DNA from: Raillietiella orientalis
Lineage: Eukaryota
NCBI GenBank assembly: GCA_036172245.1
Contig: JAYWIR010000008.1
Span: 248,001 to 312,000 of the forward strand
Reading direction: 5' to 3'
Length of the DNA: 64,000 nt
A program made the translations under genes and the position numbers. Below are positions 52,320-64,000 of the stretch, one piece after another. Under the pieces are notes generated by a model. The model saw only the letters and a program-made list of their open reading frames with translations. It searched no databases and had not been told where the DNA came from. Numbering within the stretch: position 1 is the first letter of the stretch; every line of letters starts with the position of its first letter.

Positions 52320-53120
52320 TCATCTTAGCCAGTTTTCATTGATATTGGTATAATTACAAGATACAAATGGATACAACCAAGTAATATACCAAAATTCTCC
52401 AAAAACATGAATCAACACTGTTTTTAGTAGTGTCCACTGATTATGTATTGTTTTCGATTGACTAATACATTGTTTTCTAAGCTGCAAACAAAATTGCAGT
52501 ATGATCACTAGAGTGAAAAATACACTAACCAAAGCTACTGAAGTCACATAGAAGAACAATCTTGCAAACCAACCATCTTCAGAGGGAATTATGAGCCATA
52601 CAGGGAAAATGACCTTCCATATCCACCTTTTACTATTTAAAAATCCAAATAATATATACATAATATTGCAAATAAATGTGAATAACGATCCAATAAACGT
52701 GTAAACTAACGCCCAAACAAAATATCTCTGATTCATTAATCCAATGCAACATCCGGCAAAAGTACAGTGATGTTTTTTTTCCAATATGCAAGTAGAACAA
52801 GTGAAACAATGTCTTGCATGATGCGGAACGAACATACCACATATGATACACAAATGATAGTTCCCAGGTGGGTCTGCAGCCACTTTAACATTATTAACAC
52901 TGGTATCAATAAAAAGAACAGCGAGGAAGTTGCCAAATGCGTTGAGAGCAATGAATGCACTAATAACGCACAGTGTGATACAAAGTAATTTATTTACGAA
53001 CAAGTCTTGGAACACCAAAACAGTTTCGCAGTAAAACGTGAGCATTCCGGTTACGACGGTCATGACAAGTGCTAAAAGTTCCAAAGTGTTCTTTGGCAAA
53101 ATGTGCCTCCTATACATCAT
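52320..53120 (-). CDS. DHHC-family palmitoyltransferase (ZDHHC24-like), single coding exon, 266 aa, KHHC variant
   Basis: First ATG at 53120 (MMYRRHILPK). Four hydrophobic segments flank the Cys-rich domain CIIC..VPHHARHCFTCSTCILEKKHHCTFAGCCIGLMNQRYF, and the C-terminus has VFGEFWYITWLYPFV. Splice acceptor at 53182 implies a 5' UTR intron. AATAAA at 52127-52132 (minus). Confidence 0.9.
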   Translation of the reverse strand: MMYRRHILPKNTLELLALVMTVVTGMLTFYCETVLVFQDLFVNKLLCITLCVISAFIALNAFGNFLAVLFIDTSVNNVKVAADPPGNYHLCIICGMFVPHHARHCFTCSTCILEKKHHCTFAGCCIGLMNQRYFVWALVYTFIGSLFTFICNIMYILFGFLNSKRWIWKVIFPVWLIIPSEDGWFARLFFYVTSVALVSVFFTLVIILQFCLQLRKQCISQSKTIHNQWTLLKTVLIHVFGEFWYITWLYPFVSCNYTNINENWLR

Positions 53121-53975
53121 TATGCACGAGACCAGCGCGGCACTCGACGAACACCGTTGCGCATGCCAACGCCACAAACAACTGCAGAGAAACGAAATCA
53201 GGCAGCCATTGCCACCTCACCCAACAGCCCATTTAATATGTACAGCATAAACGAAAAACTTCCATTGCCTTTTGGGCAAGGTTGACGAAACCTCAGTGAA
53301 TTGTCGGCCCGCTTGCATGACACTTTAGAAAATTTAGGCAGGAAAATAATTCCTGTTAAATGGAATTCCCGTTCTTGAAGAAAACTATGCATGATAGGGC
53401 TGAAGAATTCTTGTAAGCTTCGAATAAGAATCGCTCATATTTGAAAACTGGAATTAGGAATTCGTTTCATGGCAATGGAAACTGAAACACCAGAGAAGAC
53501 TTCACTTGAATTGAGGAAAATATCAAAAAGATTATTTTACAAGACGGGTTTTCATCCGTTGTTTAAATGAGTTTGATTAGGAGAAAAGTGTAATTAAGTA
53601 TAAATTACCCTTAATCCATTTCTAGACCGCACAGTTTACACTCGATAGAATAACTAGCGTTCTAGATACTAAAGGGACATTTTAGGAGTGCAGAATCTTT
53701 TATATGGAATGCGAACTATTCTTTCGAATTACAGAGCGACTCGAATAATTGATCTCATTAGTGCTCATTTAATTATGTTCTTTATTATATCGATTTCAAT
53801 AATTTATCTTACATTATTGTTATTAATTTAATGAGAAATTCTAGTACAGCTGTTGATTTGATTATTTAACTGCTTAGTCTTTTTAAGACTATCTTGCTTC
53901 GTAATGTAAAATTTAATGTGATGATAGAAAAATCATCACATTTAACACATCACTTAACCACAAGGCCTGCGTCGG

Positions 53976-54912
53976 AGGCCTTGTGGTTAAGGCTTCCGCG
54001 TGTGGCACCGTGCGTCGCGGGTTCGAATACTTCGGCAGAAACTCTGACGCCACTGCGTCGTCGAGTTCCGAGTTTCTCCTGCAATGGCACTGGTTGGCCG
54101 AGACATTCGGGCGTGGCACCGGTGGTGGTTTGATCCGGAGGCCCCCGATGAAGGCCGTAACAATGGGAGTCGACCTTCGGGTCCTCCCAGGAATCAAGGA
54201 ATGGGGAGTTCCCCCTCCTGTCGTGCAACGGAGAGCGGACCCCCCACCGGGGGACCCCTCCGGTTTCAAGATGGAGCAGGAGCCCTCACGGGCACCTCTC
54301 CAGTTGTTCAAAGGAGCGGACCTCCCCTGTTGCGGGTCCCTCCGAGTCGTCGCCTCTTCACAGAGTGCAAGGAAGCAAGCGAGAGGGATTCCCTGCGGGA
54401 AGCTGCAGAGATTCCCTTCTTAGATTCGGAAGCGTCCCTTCGGGGTTCTCTTCAGAGGAGTGAACAGGAGCGGTTCCCCTGCAGGTTCCCTCCGGAGAAG
54501 AAATTCTTACTAGCGGATCCTTTCCGGGTTCCCTTCGGAGAAGATGAAATGGAGAGGACCACCCCCCTTTCGGGTTCCGGTGGTCCCTCCGGAAAGAATG
54601 AGGAAGGAGATTCCCTTCGGGGTTCCCCTTCGGAGCTTCGGAGACAACCAGGATGGGAGGTGAGATCCTCCCGTCCGGGAGGATCCCTCCCCAAGCGTGA
54701 GAGGAACGGACTCCGAGCCCTTCCTGGATTCATAGGGCGGACTCCCATCCCGGGGTGCCCTATCCTGAAGAATTACACCCCCCCCTGAGGGGTTGTCGCA
54801 GGGGAGAGGCGTGGAAACAAAACAGGTGTTTAAAAGAGCCACGTGTGCCACGAGGCACGTGACCGGCTCTGAGGAGCAAACCAAAAAAAAGAAAACTCTT
54901 AAAAAAAAAAAA
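53976..54912 (+). mobile_element. tRNA-derived SINE-like element, copy C (best preserved)
   Basis: Head GGCCTTGTGGTTAAGG..TGTGGC..GGGTTCGAATAC (A/B boxes, His-like GTG), internal tandem units of about 40-45 nt, 3' hairpins and A-rich tail; GC-rich island in AT-rich flanks. Confidence 0.85.
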
Positions 54913-56136
54913 AGCTGAAAGGAAAACAGCATACAGAAGAAAAAAGATGAACCCAAGGATTTCCATCGTCTCAGGCCAATAGTAACGATCTCCTCGTGGG
55001 GGTCGCTACTGGCCTTTTTAAAAAGAATAGAAAAATCTAGAGTGATTAGATCATGTTTCCATTGCAATGCTCTATTTTTTTCTTCACAGAAATGTTTCTG
55101 GTTGTTTCTTAGAAAACGGGAGAACATTATTCTTATATCAAGGATGAAATTTCTCCTAACAGAGTCATCCAGAATACCTTTTGAATATTTTTTCGGAATT
55201 TTTTGAAAAAAAAAAACTAATCTCGCAGAGAACAAAGGCACTTAGCATCAGTTTCTATCAGAGATGGAAGACTGCATCACATCGTGCCGACTGACGAAAT
55301 ATTGGGTGCACTACGAAAAGGAACGTTATATAAATCTTATACAGCTTTCAAGGAAGGATTAAAAGTGTGATATTCGAAAAGCTTGAATGCATGTATATTA
55401 CCTTATTGTACTTTTCCTTTTGGGGATAAAATCTGAAGAATTCTGGCCTTAAACAGGACTTCTGGGCATCATTTCAGTGGCTGCATGAGTATCTTGATGG
55501 TTGGCTTGCGATTGATTATCTTCTAGGTCCAAAGCTGATGGAGACAAAGCGTGTCGTCGTCAACTATGCTGCTGTTTCTAGCCAAGGCTGTAAATCAGTT
55601 TGTTTCCAAGATCGAATCCTTAAATGAAACTACCAGACAACTACCTAACAACACTATTGAGCTAAAACAACTGAGTCAAAGCCCGGGACCTTCCGAAATG
55701 CCTTAAACACCTCAAAACTTTGCAGGAAACGAAAACACGCCGCAGTGAAAATCGAGGTTTACTTGTACTCTCCAAAAAATAAGTTGCATTTGGTGTACAG
55801 AATGGAGTGTAAACTGTTCGTCTCATCTCCCTTGTGTGTATGGTCCACGTGTTCCGTGAAATTATACTCTTTCGATTGTGTTTTGGTCGTGTTGGGAGCA
55901 TGTCAAATAGCATGTTTTCCGTTTTCTAGGAAGCTCGTAGGTTTTGCATTTTTTCCTCTTTTTTGCTCATTGCGTGTCTTAGCAAAAGAGACTGCAAGTG
56001 TATAAAAATCGTGTTCGCCGACACACACGTCCTCTTCTCGTCCAGGAAGAGTTCCGCAAGCGCAAGGATGTTGGCGCGCGGCTGTGTAAGAGCTGGTGCT
56101 GTTTCCTGAAATTTTTTCGAAAATAGAAATACAGCA

Positions 56137-59100
56137 ATGATTATTTCAGCAGTTGTATTTTGTATTATGTTAAGTCACGCTGATTCAACCACAGGACATG
56201 CAGGATTGTACGAGGACAGTGATTTTTTAATCGAGTTAAATAGTACAACTTTTGATCAAATTAAGTCATTTAAGGTACCAGTACTTATGCAGTATTACAG
56301 TTCCTGGTGTGGCCACTGTCAAAACTTTGCTCCCTTGTTTAAATTGTTAGCCGAGCATGTTTATGGTGAGATTGATAATTATTCTTTTCGGTGTTTGTTG
56401 CTCATTATTATTTTTATTCACTCCTTTGAGCAGTCTCATTATTTGTGTGTTACATTTCAAATTAATCACTTCGCATTCAATGTACAACTGCAATTAAATA
56501 TATCGTTTTTGATATTTAATTTGCGAAGTCACTGAATGGAATGAACGTATATGTCTGTCTTGCAGTATGCATTAATTAAATTTACTCATTGAGACCACTT
56601 TTGTGGAGGTCCAGAATTACAGATGATCCCAAGCATAAAAATTTGTGAATGCTCATGAGAACTGCAATACATCTAGAAGAATTGGAGAAAAAGAGATCGC
56701 AGGTTAATTGTAGCCCTGTATGCATATGATGAACCCAGATCCACACATGCATGCATAAGATGACTATCAGTTTTGTATGAGTTATGTATAGTCATTACTT
56801 ACCCAAAGATTGGACGTATTAGTTACTTTTGAACACAAAGTAACTCATAAATTTACACTAACCCACCTTAATGATAGTATTACTATTATGTTTACTAGTT
56901 TTCTGTGTACTGTTGGATATTTCCATGTACATAACAATCAATTTCAAAATAAAATAAATTCATTTAGTTTATGCAGTTGATTGTGTGTACTGTGTACCTT
57001 AAGCTTCTGAATTCGTTGTCTGGTTTTAGATTTACCTTGGTTGCTTATTGGGTCTATTGAGCATGTGTGTTGGCAGGTAGATTTTTCATATATCTTGTAG
57101 TTTTCAGATATTTTCCCAACATAGTTGCAAGAGATTTCCATATCAAGCATTTAGCACATCCAATAGTAGTGTGACAATTTTGAAAAATTATGAAAATTCA
57201 AGAATATATTTGACTAATCAACAATGATTTGCAAAATAATTGGCAAATCATTAGTTATTAGGTGTTATTGTAAAGTAGATTAAATTATGCAATAATGTCT
57301 GAAAGTTAAATTTGATCAGAAAAGTGGTAATAGAGGTAACATTGCAAGTATGCCTTAATGTCTCCATGTTTCTTGTGTTTTCTTTGTTTCTTTGATAAAT
57401 TGTAGCAAATTTGGGCAGAAAAGTTACTTTCATTTTAAATTCATAATTTTAAATTTAAATTCATAGACATCATGTTCCTAACAATAAGCAGTCATTGGTA
57501 ATGATCACCAAATGTGCACTAACGCATGCACAAAGGGGTACAAAATGCTTCCCAACTACATGATATAGTGTTTACGTTTAATTACTTCATGAACATGAAA
57601 TTGTTTTCTTAAGCATTTTTTCTGATTGCAATCATGTTTCTTGTACTTGTAAGCCATGGATTTGAAGTTGAAGAAAAGATGATGGTCCATAAACTCACAT
57701 ATGATAGAGTAGATTAACCAGAAAATTAATAAGACGAAAAACATGAAAAGAAGTGCAGTCCTGCAGTCTTGCGCATTATTTTTAATTACTTTTGTTTTCA
57801 AATAATTCTAGTGAAATTGCAAAAATTTGTCAGTGCTGCAAAGAAGAGCAATTCAGCAGCTCTGCAAAGATAGAAAAAAATCGAAACAATGATGCATGTT
57901 TTGCCAGAGTTCTTTTAAGGATTATTATTTTCAAGACATTTAATATTGTGTGGATTATTTGATCGCTTATTTGATGTAATGTTCTTTGTGTAGTATAAAG
58001 CATGTACATTGCTTCATGCAGCATCTGGTGATTATGTATGTATGTGCCATACCTTATCTCTTTTAGTTAATAACATTGATTTGACCTACGAGTTTGATAG
58101 TTTAACTGGTAATCATTGACAGTGGATTTTATCAAACATCAATCATTTGATCATTGTTTAATTCAAGCATATGCTGTTTTTGAAGAATAAGACTGTGTAA
58201 GCATTAGTTCTCTGAATAAAATACAATGAAGGTGAAATGCAATAAAAATAAAATTTATAATTGGAATTTATCAGCGGAGAATTAGTTTCTGTGAAATACC
58301 TTGGGTATATCTAAGATTCCCAAAACTTGTGAATATTTTAACTAATAGCTGAGAGTTTTTTTTTTTTTTCCTACTCTTGGATTTTCTAGAGCATTTTTGT
58401 TCAAGTAATTCTAAAGTTGTGTGTTTTTACCATTTTGTTTTTGTGATTCTTTCTAAGATTCTACTTTTGAGAGAAAAATAGCATTTTTTTCATCCATGTT
58501 TTCTTCAACATACTTATTAAATGAAGAGAAAACACATATTTTATAATGCCATTGGAACAAGCATCTTGTAAGTCAACATCTTTAAAAGACAGTTTTTCTC
58601 ATATGTGGTTGGTTGGTTTAAATGTAATGTAATGGGAAATCACGATATTTTGAAATGTGAAACATGTATTTTCCCCAATGCATGTTGTGTGGGTTCTGCC
58701 AATGCCCTATTAAATGTATGGTAGCTTTTGTATGTGTAGCATTATTGCACCATTGTATGGGTAATTTATTCCTTGGCCTCCAGGAACATGTGCATGCTGC
58801 AAGAGTCCTTGTATTCTGTGTACTTTGATAAAGTCTCACTCCATTTATTTTTGTTTGCTATTTGAATGAATATTACCCTACCTATTCTGATTTGTGATCT
58901 TGGAGTTATTTTCCAATTTTTTTAAACATCACTTTTTTTTTCCCCCAAATTACATGATCTTTAGTGTACTTTCAGTACCTCATTGAAGGAATCCCTGTAA
59001 TAGCCATCCCTTTCATTCTGTGAATTGCTCGATTAATCAACAACGTAACTGTAGTTTCTGAGTAAAAATACTTTCTGGTTGGAATTTTTTTTTTTCTTTT

Positions 59101-62100
59101 TAAGCATTTTCAATACGAAAAACGAAGTAACTTCAAATGGCAACATGAAGAACATGTATTGCAATCGTTCTGAATCCAAGAGAGCACTTTATTTGCCATA
59201 AAAAGGCGTTTGCATTTCAGAATGCGATATTGCATTGACAAGTAGTAGTTTTATAGCTTAATGATCATGATAGTTTTTCTCTATAGTTGCATGTTGCAAA
59301 ACAGAAAAATATTCTAGTGTTGTGATTTAAGCGCTAAGTAAATGAAACATACCTTACATACTCTACAAATCGTTAAACTCTACTCTAGGTGCATCTAGGC
59401 ATGGTGCCTAGATGTACAATTGCTTTGCTGACTTGAGTTTTAAATTATTAATGAATTATTAATGAGGGCAATAATTTTAATAACTCATTTCTTGTCATCT
59501 TTCTATGTGCAGCAGTTTTGTTTCTTGTTGTCTTGTAAATCCACCTCTGATATGTTTTGATTGTGGAACACATTGGGGACCAACATGAATCTTTCCAAAG
59601 AACATGTTTTAAGCACAGTAGTTAATCCTGCCTACAATCTCTCAATACATTTTTTATTCTCAATGCTCTCTCAATTCTGTTTTTTTGTTTCTTAGAAGTT
59701 CACCAACCAAAGATCCTATTTGTTGCAATGTTGATTTTTATTCAGAAAACACTTTGAGCATCATGAATATGATATCATTTCATATCTATATTTATTATTC
59801 GTACTCATCTTCTGGTTTCAGTGTCCCCATGCTATGCTGCAAATATATATAGCTGTCTAAATAATTTTGTAAAATCTGAAAGTTTTCTGCTTTCATAGAG
59901 TGCTGTGCTTATTCATTTGCATTCCTGAACACTCGAAAATTGCTAAAACTGAAGTTTGACTTTCCAAAACATTTTTCAAAGTAAAATTTTTTAATTTCTA
60001 CTCATATTTGGGGCAAATGAATTTACTAAACAAACATGATTTTGTCAGCTGTTGTAGGCGTGATCATTCTGGTTTTTTTTTATACAGGTTCATTTTTTGC
60101 TATTGTAATCCACAGTAATCTTTGTATTCAATCATCACCTAATTACTGTTACTAAGATCTTACTTTACACTGATTTAAGCAATGTAAATAAATTTTGTAT
60201 TTTTCCATATTTTTTTGATCCATCAAACAAAAACCTACTTACATCTTGTAGTGTTCTCTTTTCTTTGTCTTCATAGTATAAAAAGTGTCATGAACCATAA
60301 TGACATTTCTTTCCACTGCTTCATCAGCCATTGTTACTGCTGAAATTCTATGGTAAAGCTCAGAGAAAAGTAATGAACAGTTTCAGTGCTTGATGTTTTG
60401 TGTTTTCAGCCATAAGACATTATGCCTTTTGTTATTTTCAACAGTGTACGGTGTTCGGAATGCTTTTTGTTAGTAAAAATACTAGCTGATCAAGAATAAT
60501 AGCAATGTATGCACTTGTAATTGAATCACAATTCTGATTTTCAAAACGTTAATTGATAATGCCACACTCCTATGTATGAAATGATTTTTTTCCCCATTAT
60601 GGTTATTTATTTGAAGAAAGTTCATTTTCTACATTTGTTAAGATATCTGTAACAAAAATGTGGATGCTATTTTATGCTAGGTTGGAGATCAGTTGTTCGG
60701 TTGGCAGTTTTGGATTGTGCCAATGAGCATAATACACAGCTATGTAGGAATCATGATGTTATTTCATATCCAACTCTAAAGTTTTTGTTTCCGGATGGCT
60801 CGCATTTTGTGTTAGCGATGGAGGTGGAAACAAACAATGGCACCGGTAAATTGGAAGATAAAATTATTGCAATGCTTGATCATGAAACTAATTCCAAAGG
60901 AATGAAAAGTATCTGGTCAGAATTAAAATCCGTCAGGTAAAATTCTTATTGGAATTGCTCATTTTTAATTTATCTTGCTTATGATATTCAAAATGCTTGT
61001 CATTTAGAATGTAGCATACTTTAAAGTCTCTCTTCAGAGACATTTGTTTGAAACTTTTCAACTTACTAGTACTGTTCATCAGGTTGTAGGCTTATCACAA
61101 CTTTGTCTTTTAGTGATCTTGATTTGATTTGGAAAGGAACTCCTGAACATGATCATTGTTTTTTGTTATTTGAAGCTGCATCTTCCACACTTGGAAGAAA
61201 GCTTTCCCTGAACTTGTTAGAACTTCCATCTATAAAACTTTTTTTGGTTTCAAGCAATGCATCAGATTTGATGGCAAGATTCAACATTCAGAAGATTCCC
61301 CAATTAGTTGTACTGTATGCAAATCAGAGTTTTAATAGTATTTCTGAAACTTCCTTAAGTGGCATGCAAGCACATATTTTAAATATAACACATACTTCGA
61401 TGCCCAATAATAAAAGTGACAACCTTTTGTTCAAAAAAGCATCTCATTCCACTCAGGCATTTATGGTGGACCTAGAAAAAGGGTTACATTATTCTTTGTA
61501 TCATGAAGTGCTTTTGCATAAAATTTTGGAAACTGAACATATAATTGCTTTGAAAAATTATTTAAATATGACTGTCACATATCAACCTTTGAGACTAGAG
61601 ATTTTAAAATTTGTTAAAGCACTGTTGGATTCTCTCGGGAATTCTAAGAGATTATCGGCTGAACAGTTGAAAAACTATATGACCAGTGTAACTTTTGAAG
61701 ATCGTAAAATACCCGTTCGTGGGGATTGGCAAGGCTGCAAAGGAAGTCAACCACATTACCGTGGTTATCCATGTAGTTTATGGATATTTTTCCACACCCT
61801 TACAGTGCATGCCCATTTGCGATCGCATTCCTTTACAGAAGGTCAAAAGGTTTTAGAGACTATCCATGGCTACATCAAATATTTTTTTTCATGTCGAGTT
61901 TGCTCAAAAAATTTTCAGAACATGTTCTCAGAATCTTTGAAATCCAACATGACTAAAAATCCAGTATTATGGCTTTGGACATTACACAATAAAGTTAATT
62001 TGCGTCTCCAGGGGGATATTAGTGAAGACCCTTTGTACCCTAAAATATTTTTTCCTGCACCTTCTCAGTGTAGTACGTGTTATCTCCATGCTAACAAATC

Positions 62101-62386
62101 CCTTGTGCATGAAACAAATCAGATATTTAATTATTTATTGCATTATTATAGTAATCTCAATATGACAGGTATAGAAACCCCAGATCTTGAAAAACGCACA
62201 TCATCATGGATGCCAGATGTGATCCCTTTAGTTATTCCAACGTTAAGTACGTTTACATATTCTGTGAGTGAATTTCTATCTTTTGGCTACCCCTACATGA
62301 TGGTCTTGCTGACTTTAATCATCTTATATTACATATGTGTAGTTAAAACAAGATGTAGAGTATTATATAAAGTGTTTTTAAGTTGA
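56137..62386 (+). CDS. QSOX: Quiescin sulfhydryl oxidase (thioredoxin + ERV/ALR domains, C-terminal TM), 3 exons
   Basis: Exons 56137-56365 (signal peptide, WCGHC), 60681-60936 (GWRSVVRLAVLDCA..N..LCR..V.SYPTLKF) and 61114-62386 (WQGCKGSQPHYRGYPCSLWIFFHTLT, FFSCRVC, LWLWTLHNKVNLRL, SEDP..PK). GT-AG introns with matching phases. AATAAA at 62690-62695. Confidence 0.96.
59389..59417. repeat. 13-bp hairpin in QSOX intron 1
   Basis: GTGCATCTAGGCA-TGG-TGCCTAGATGTAC (one G-T pair). Confidence 0.8.
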
Positions 62387-64000
62387 TTTTAGATATGTGA
62401 TTCTTAGAGATGTGATTAGCAAGTATAAGTCATGGGCTTTAATTTCAGACCTTCATTATATAGCAACTACACAAACTGAAAGAGAACAACCTCTTGTGTT
62501 TGCGTGATACTGTTATGTTGGAATTGTGTATTTTATTTAATGTTTTACTGCTGTTGTCTGCAATATAAACACTTATTCTTTATAGTATGAAGTTTACTTT
62601 TGAAGTGCAATTTAACAGAATCCCAAGAAACATACAAAGCACATGCAAATACATCAACAAAAAGTTGGTTACTTGATTATATTAATGAAAATAAAGCAAC
62701 TTGTTAATAGCCCATGCTAGAATAATATAGTTTGCACAAGTGTACTTAAAATGTGTGCAATATTCGGATCAGATGAATATGTAAACTGGAATGCAAAACA
62801 TGATTTGACAAATTGAAGAGCATACTTTAAACATCCCATTGTTACTGATGATTCTTTTAATACAATTTTTTTTTAAATTAGTCAGAAATTTTCGAATGCT
62901 TATGAATACCATATAAAAGGTTCCTTTTGTGATGAAATAACAATATCAAGGTAAAAAAAAAAAAAGTGAAACAATATGCTACAATTGCTCACAAAACACA
63001 AGCACTAGCTATATGCAACTCTTAATGAATAATAACAAAGCAGTGGTTGACTCAAGGTACATTCCAGGGAGTGCTTCATTTCAGAATTATCAGCTTTGTT
63101 TCTAATATCCTTTTACAATTGCACTGTTATGAATTCTATTTTTCTATAGTGATTTTAGTGTAGTTTTTCATTTTGTTCAAGCTGATAATGCATCAACACT
63201 GTCACAATGGCAAAACATAACAAAAGCAAATGCAAACAGTCGAGTCCCATAATTTTATGTCCTTTGGGGCTTATTTTTCTTTTTTTGAAAAGATAAATAG
63301 AATTCAAAATTACTAAGGACATCATATGGAAAGTTCAAATAATCAGTTGGTTCAAATGAATTCCAGAATTACAGAGTGAAAGAACAAACATGTTGAAATG
63401 AATTTCACCTGGAGGCAAAGATAGGATTTGTTTGTATTCTGCTGAAAGTGCTTAGTTAGAAAGATGGATAGCTAAAATAAGAGCAAATTTCTGAGTCAGT
63501 CGTTTCATCATTTACACATAAAGATGCCTATCTTTGAATGGTTCACATTGGAGAATTCTGGATAAATTTTGCTTGTCACATGTATCAAACAGGTGAGGAA
63601 GGAAGCTCTTGAACAATGCAATCAGCCTTAACATACGAAGGTAAAAATATCTTGAAGTATAATTTTAGAAATTTAAATGAGATTCGTTTTTAGATAACCT
63701 TAAATAGTTTCTACAATACGACAGTACACGTAGAAATGGGAAATAATGGGCTGCTTTCCTTTTGCTTTCGATTATGCATGTGAGCAAAAATTATTGTAAC
63801 TCTTATTTCCAGATTTGATGTAAATTCATGTTGTACTTTGCATTAATTTTTTTCTGGACAAATTCCATGGTGTTTTTTTAATCCACTGATGGGTTTTCAA
63901 TGAATTCCAAAAGGAGTCTCCTGCTTGACTGCTGAATTCTTTTCATGCATTTGTATTAACAATTAATTTACTTGATGTATAGCTTGCTGTGATTGTGCAG

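Noticed and set aside
53121..53177. N-terminal extension of ZDHHC in the ORF track
   Set aside because: Begins at a non-ATG codon just after a splice acceptor; the first ATG is at 53120
54430..54650. CRISPR-like repeat-spacer appearance in the SINE body
   Set aside because: Repeats are degenerate, linkers are short and shared between dispersed copies, there are no cas genes, and the context is eukaryotic

Overview
Eukaryotic genomic DNA from an invertebrate animal (probably an arthropod; this is inference). The minus strand carries a tandem cluster of three stomatin/band-7 (MEC-2-like) paralogs with identical exon phases: two complete 7-exon genes at 19755-28371 and 30515-40986, and a third whose first four exons lie at 453-10249 and which runs off the left edge. 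An intact tRNA-Thr(TGT) sits between two of the paralogs. To the right are a DHHC-family palmitoyltransferase with a single coding exon and a non-canonical KHHC motif (minus, 52320-53120) and a divergently transcribed 3-exon quiescin sulfhydryl oxidase QSOX (plus, 56137-62386). Introns and intergenic DNA are packed with decayed mobile DNA: a piggyBac with recognisable ends, a long LINE with RNase H, and many RT/RTE fragments. There are also three copies of a long tRNA-headed SINE-like element with an internal tandem array, two apparent heavily decayed intronless gene copies (Pax3/7-like and an LRR GPCR), and several perfect hairpins. Base composition switches from CpG-rich to CpG-poor at about 51.2 kb. 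All calls were made by eye. Exon models are well supported by phase and splice sites; decayed-element calls are tentative.
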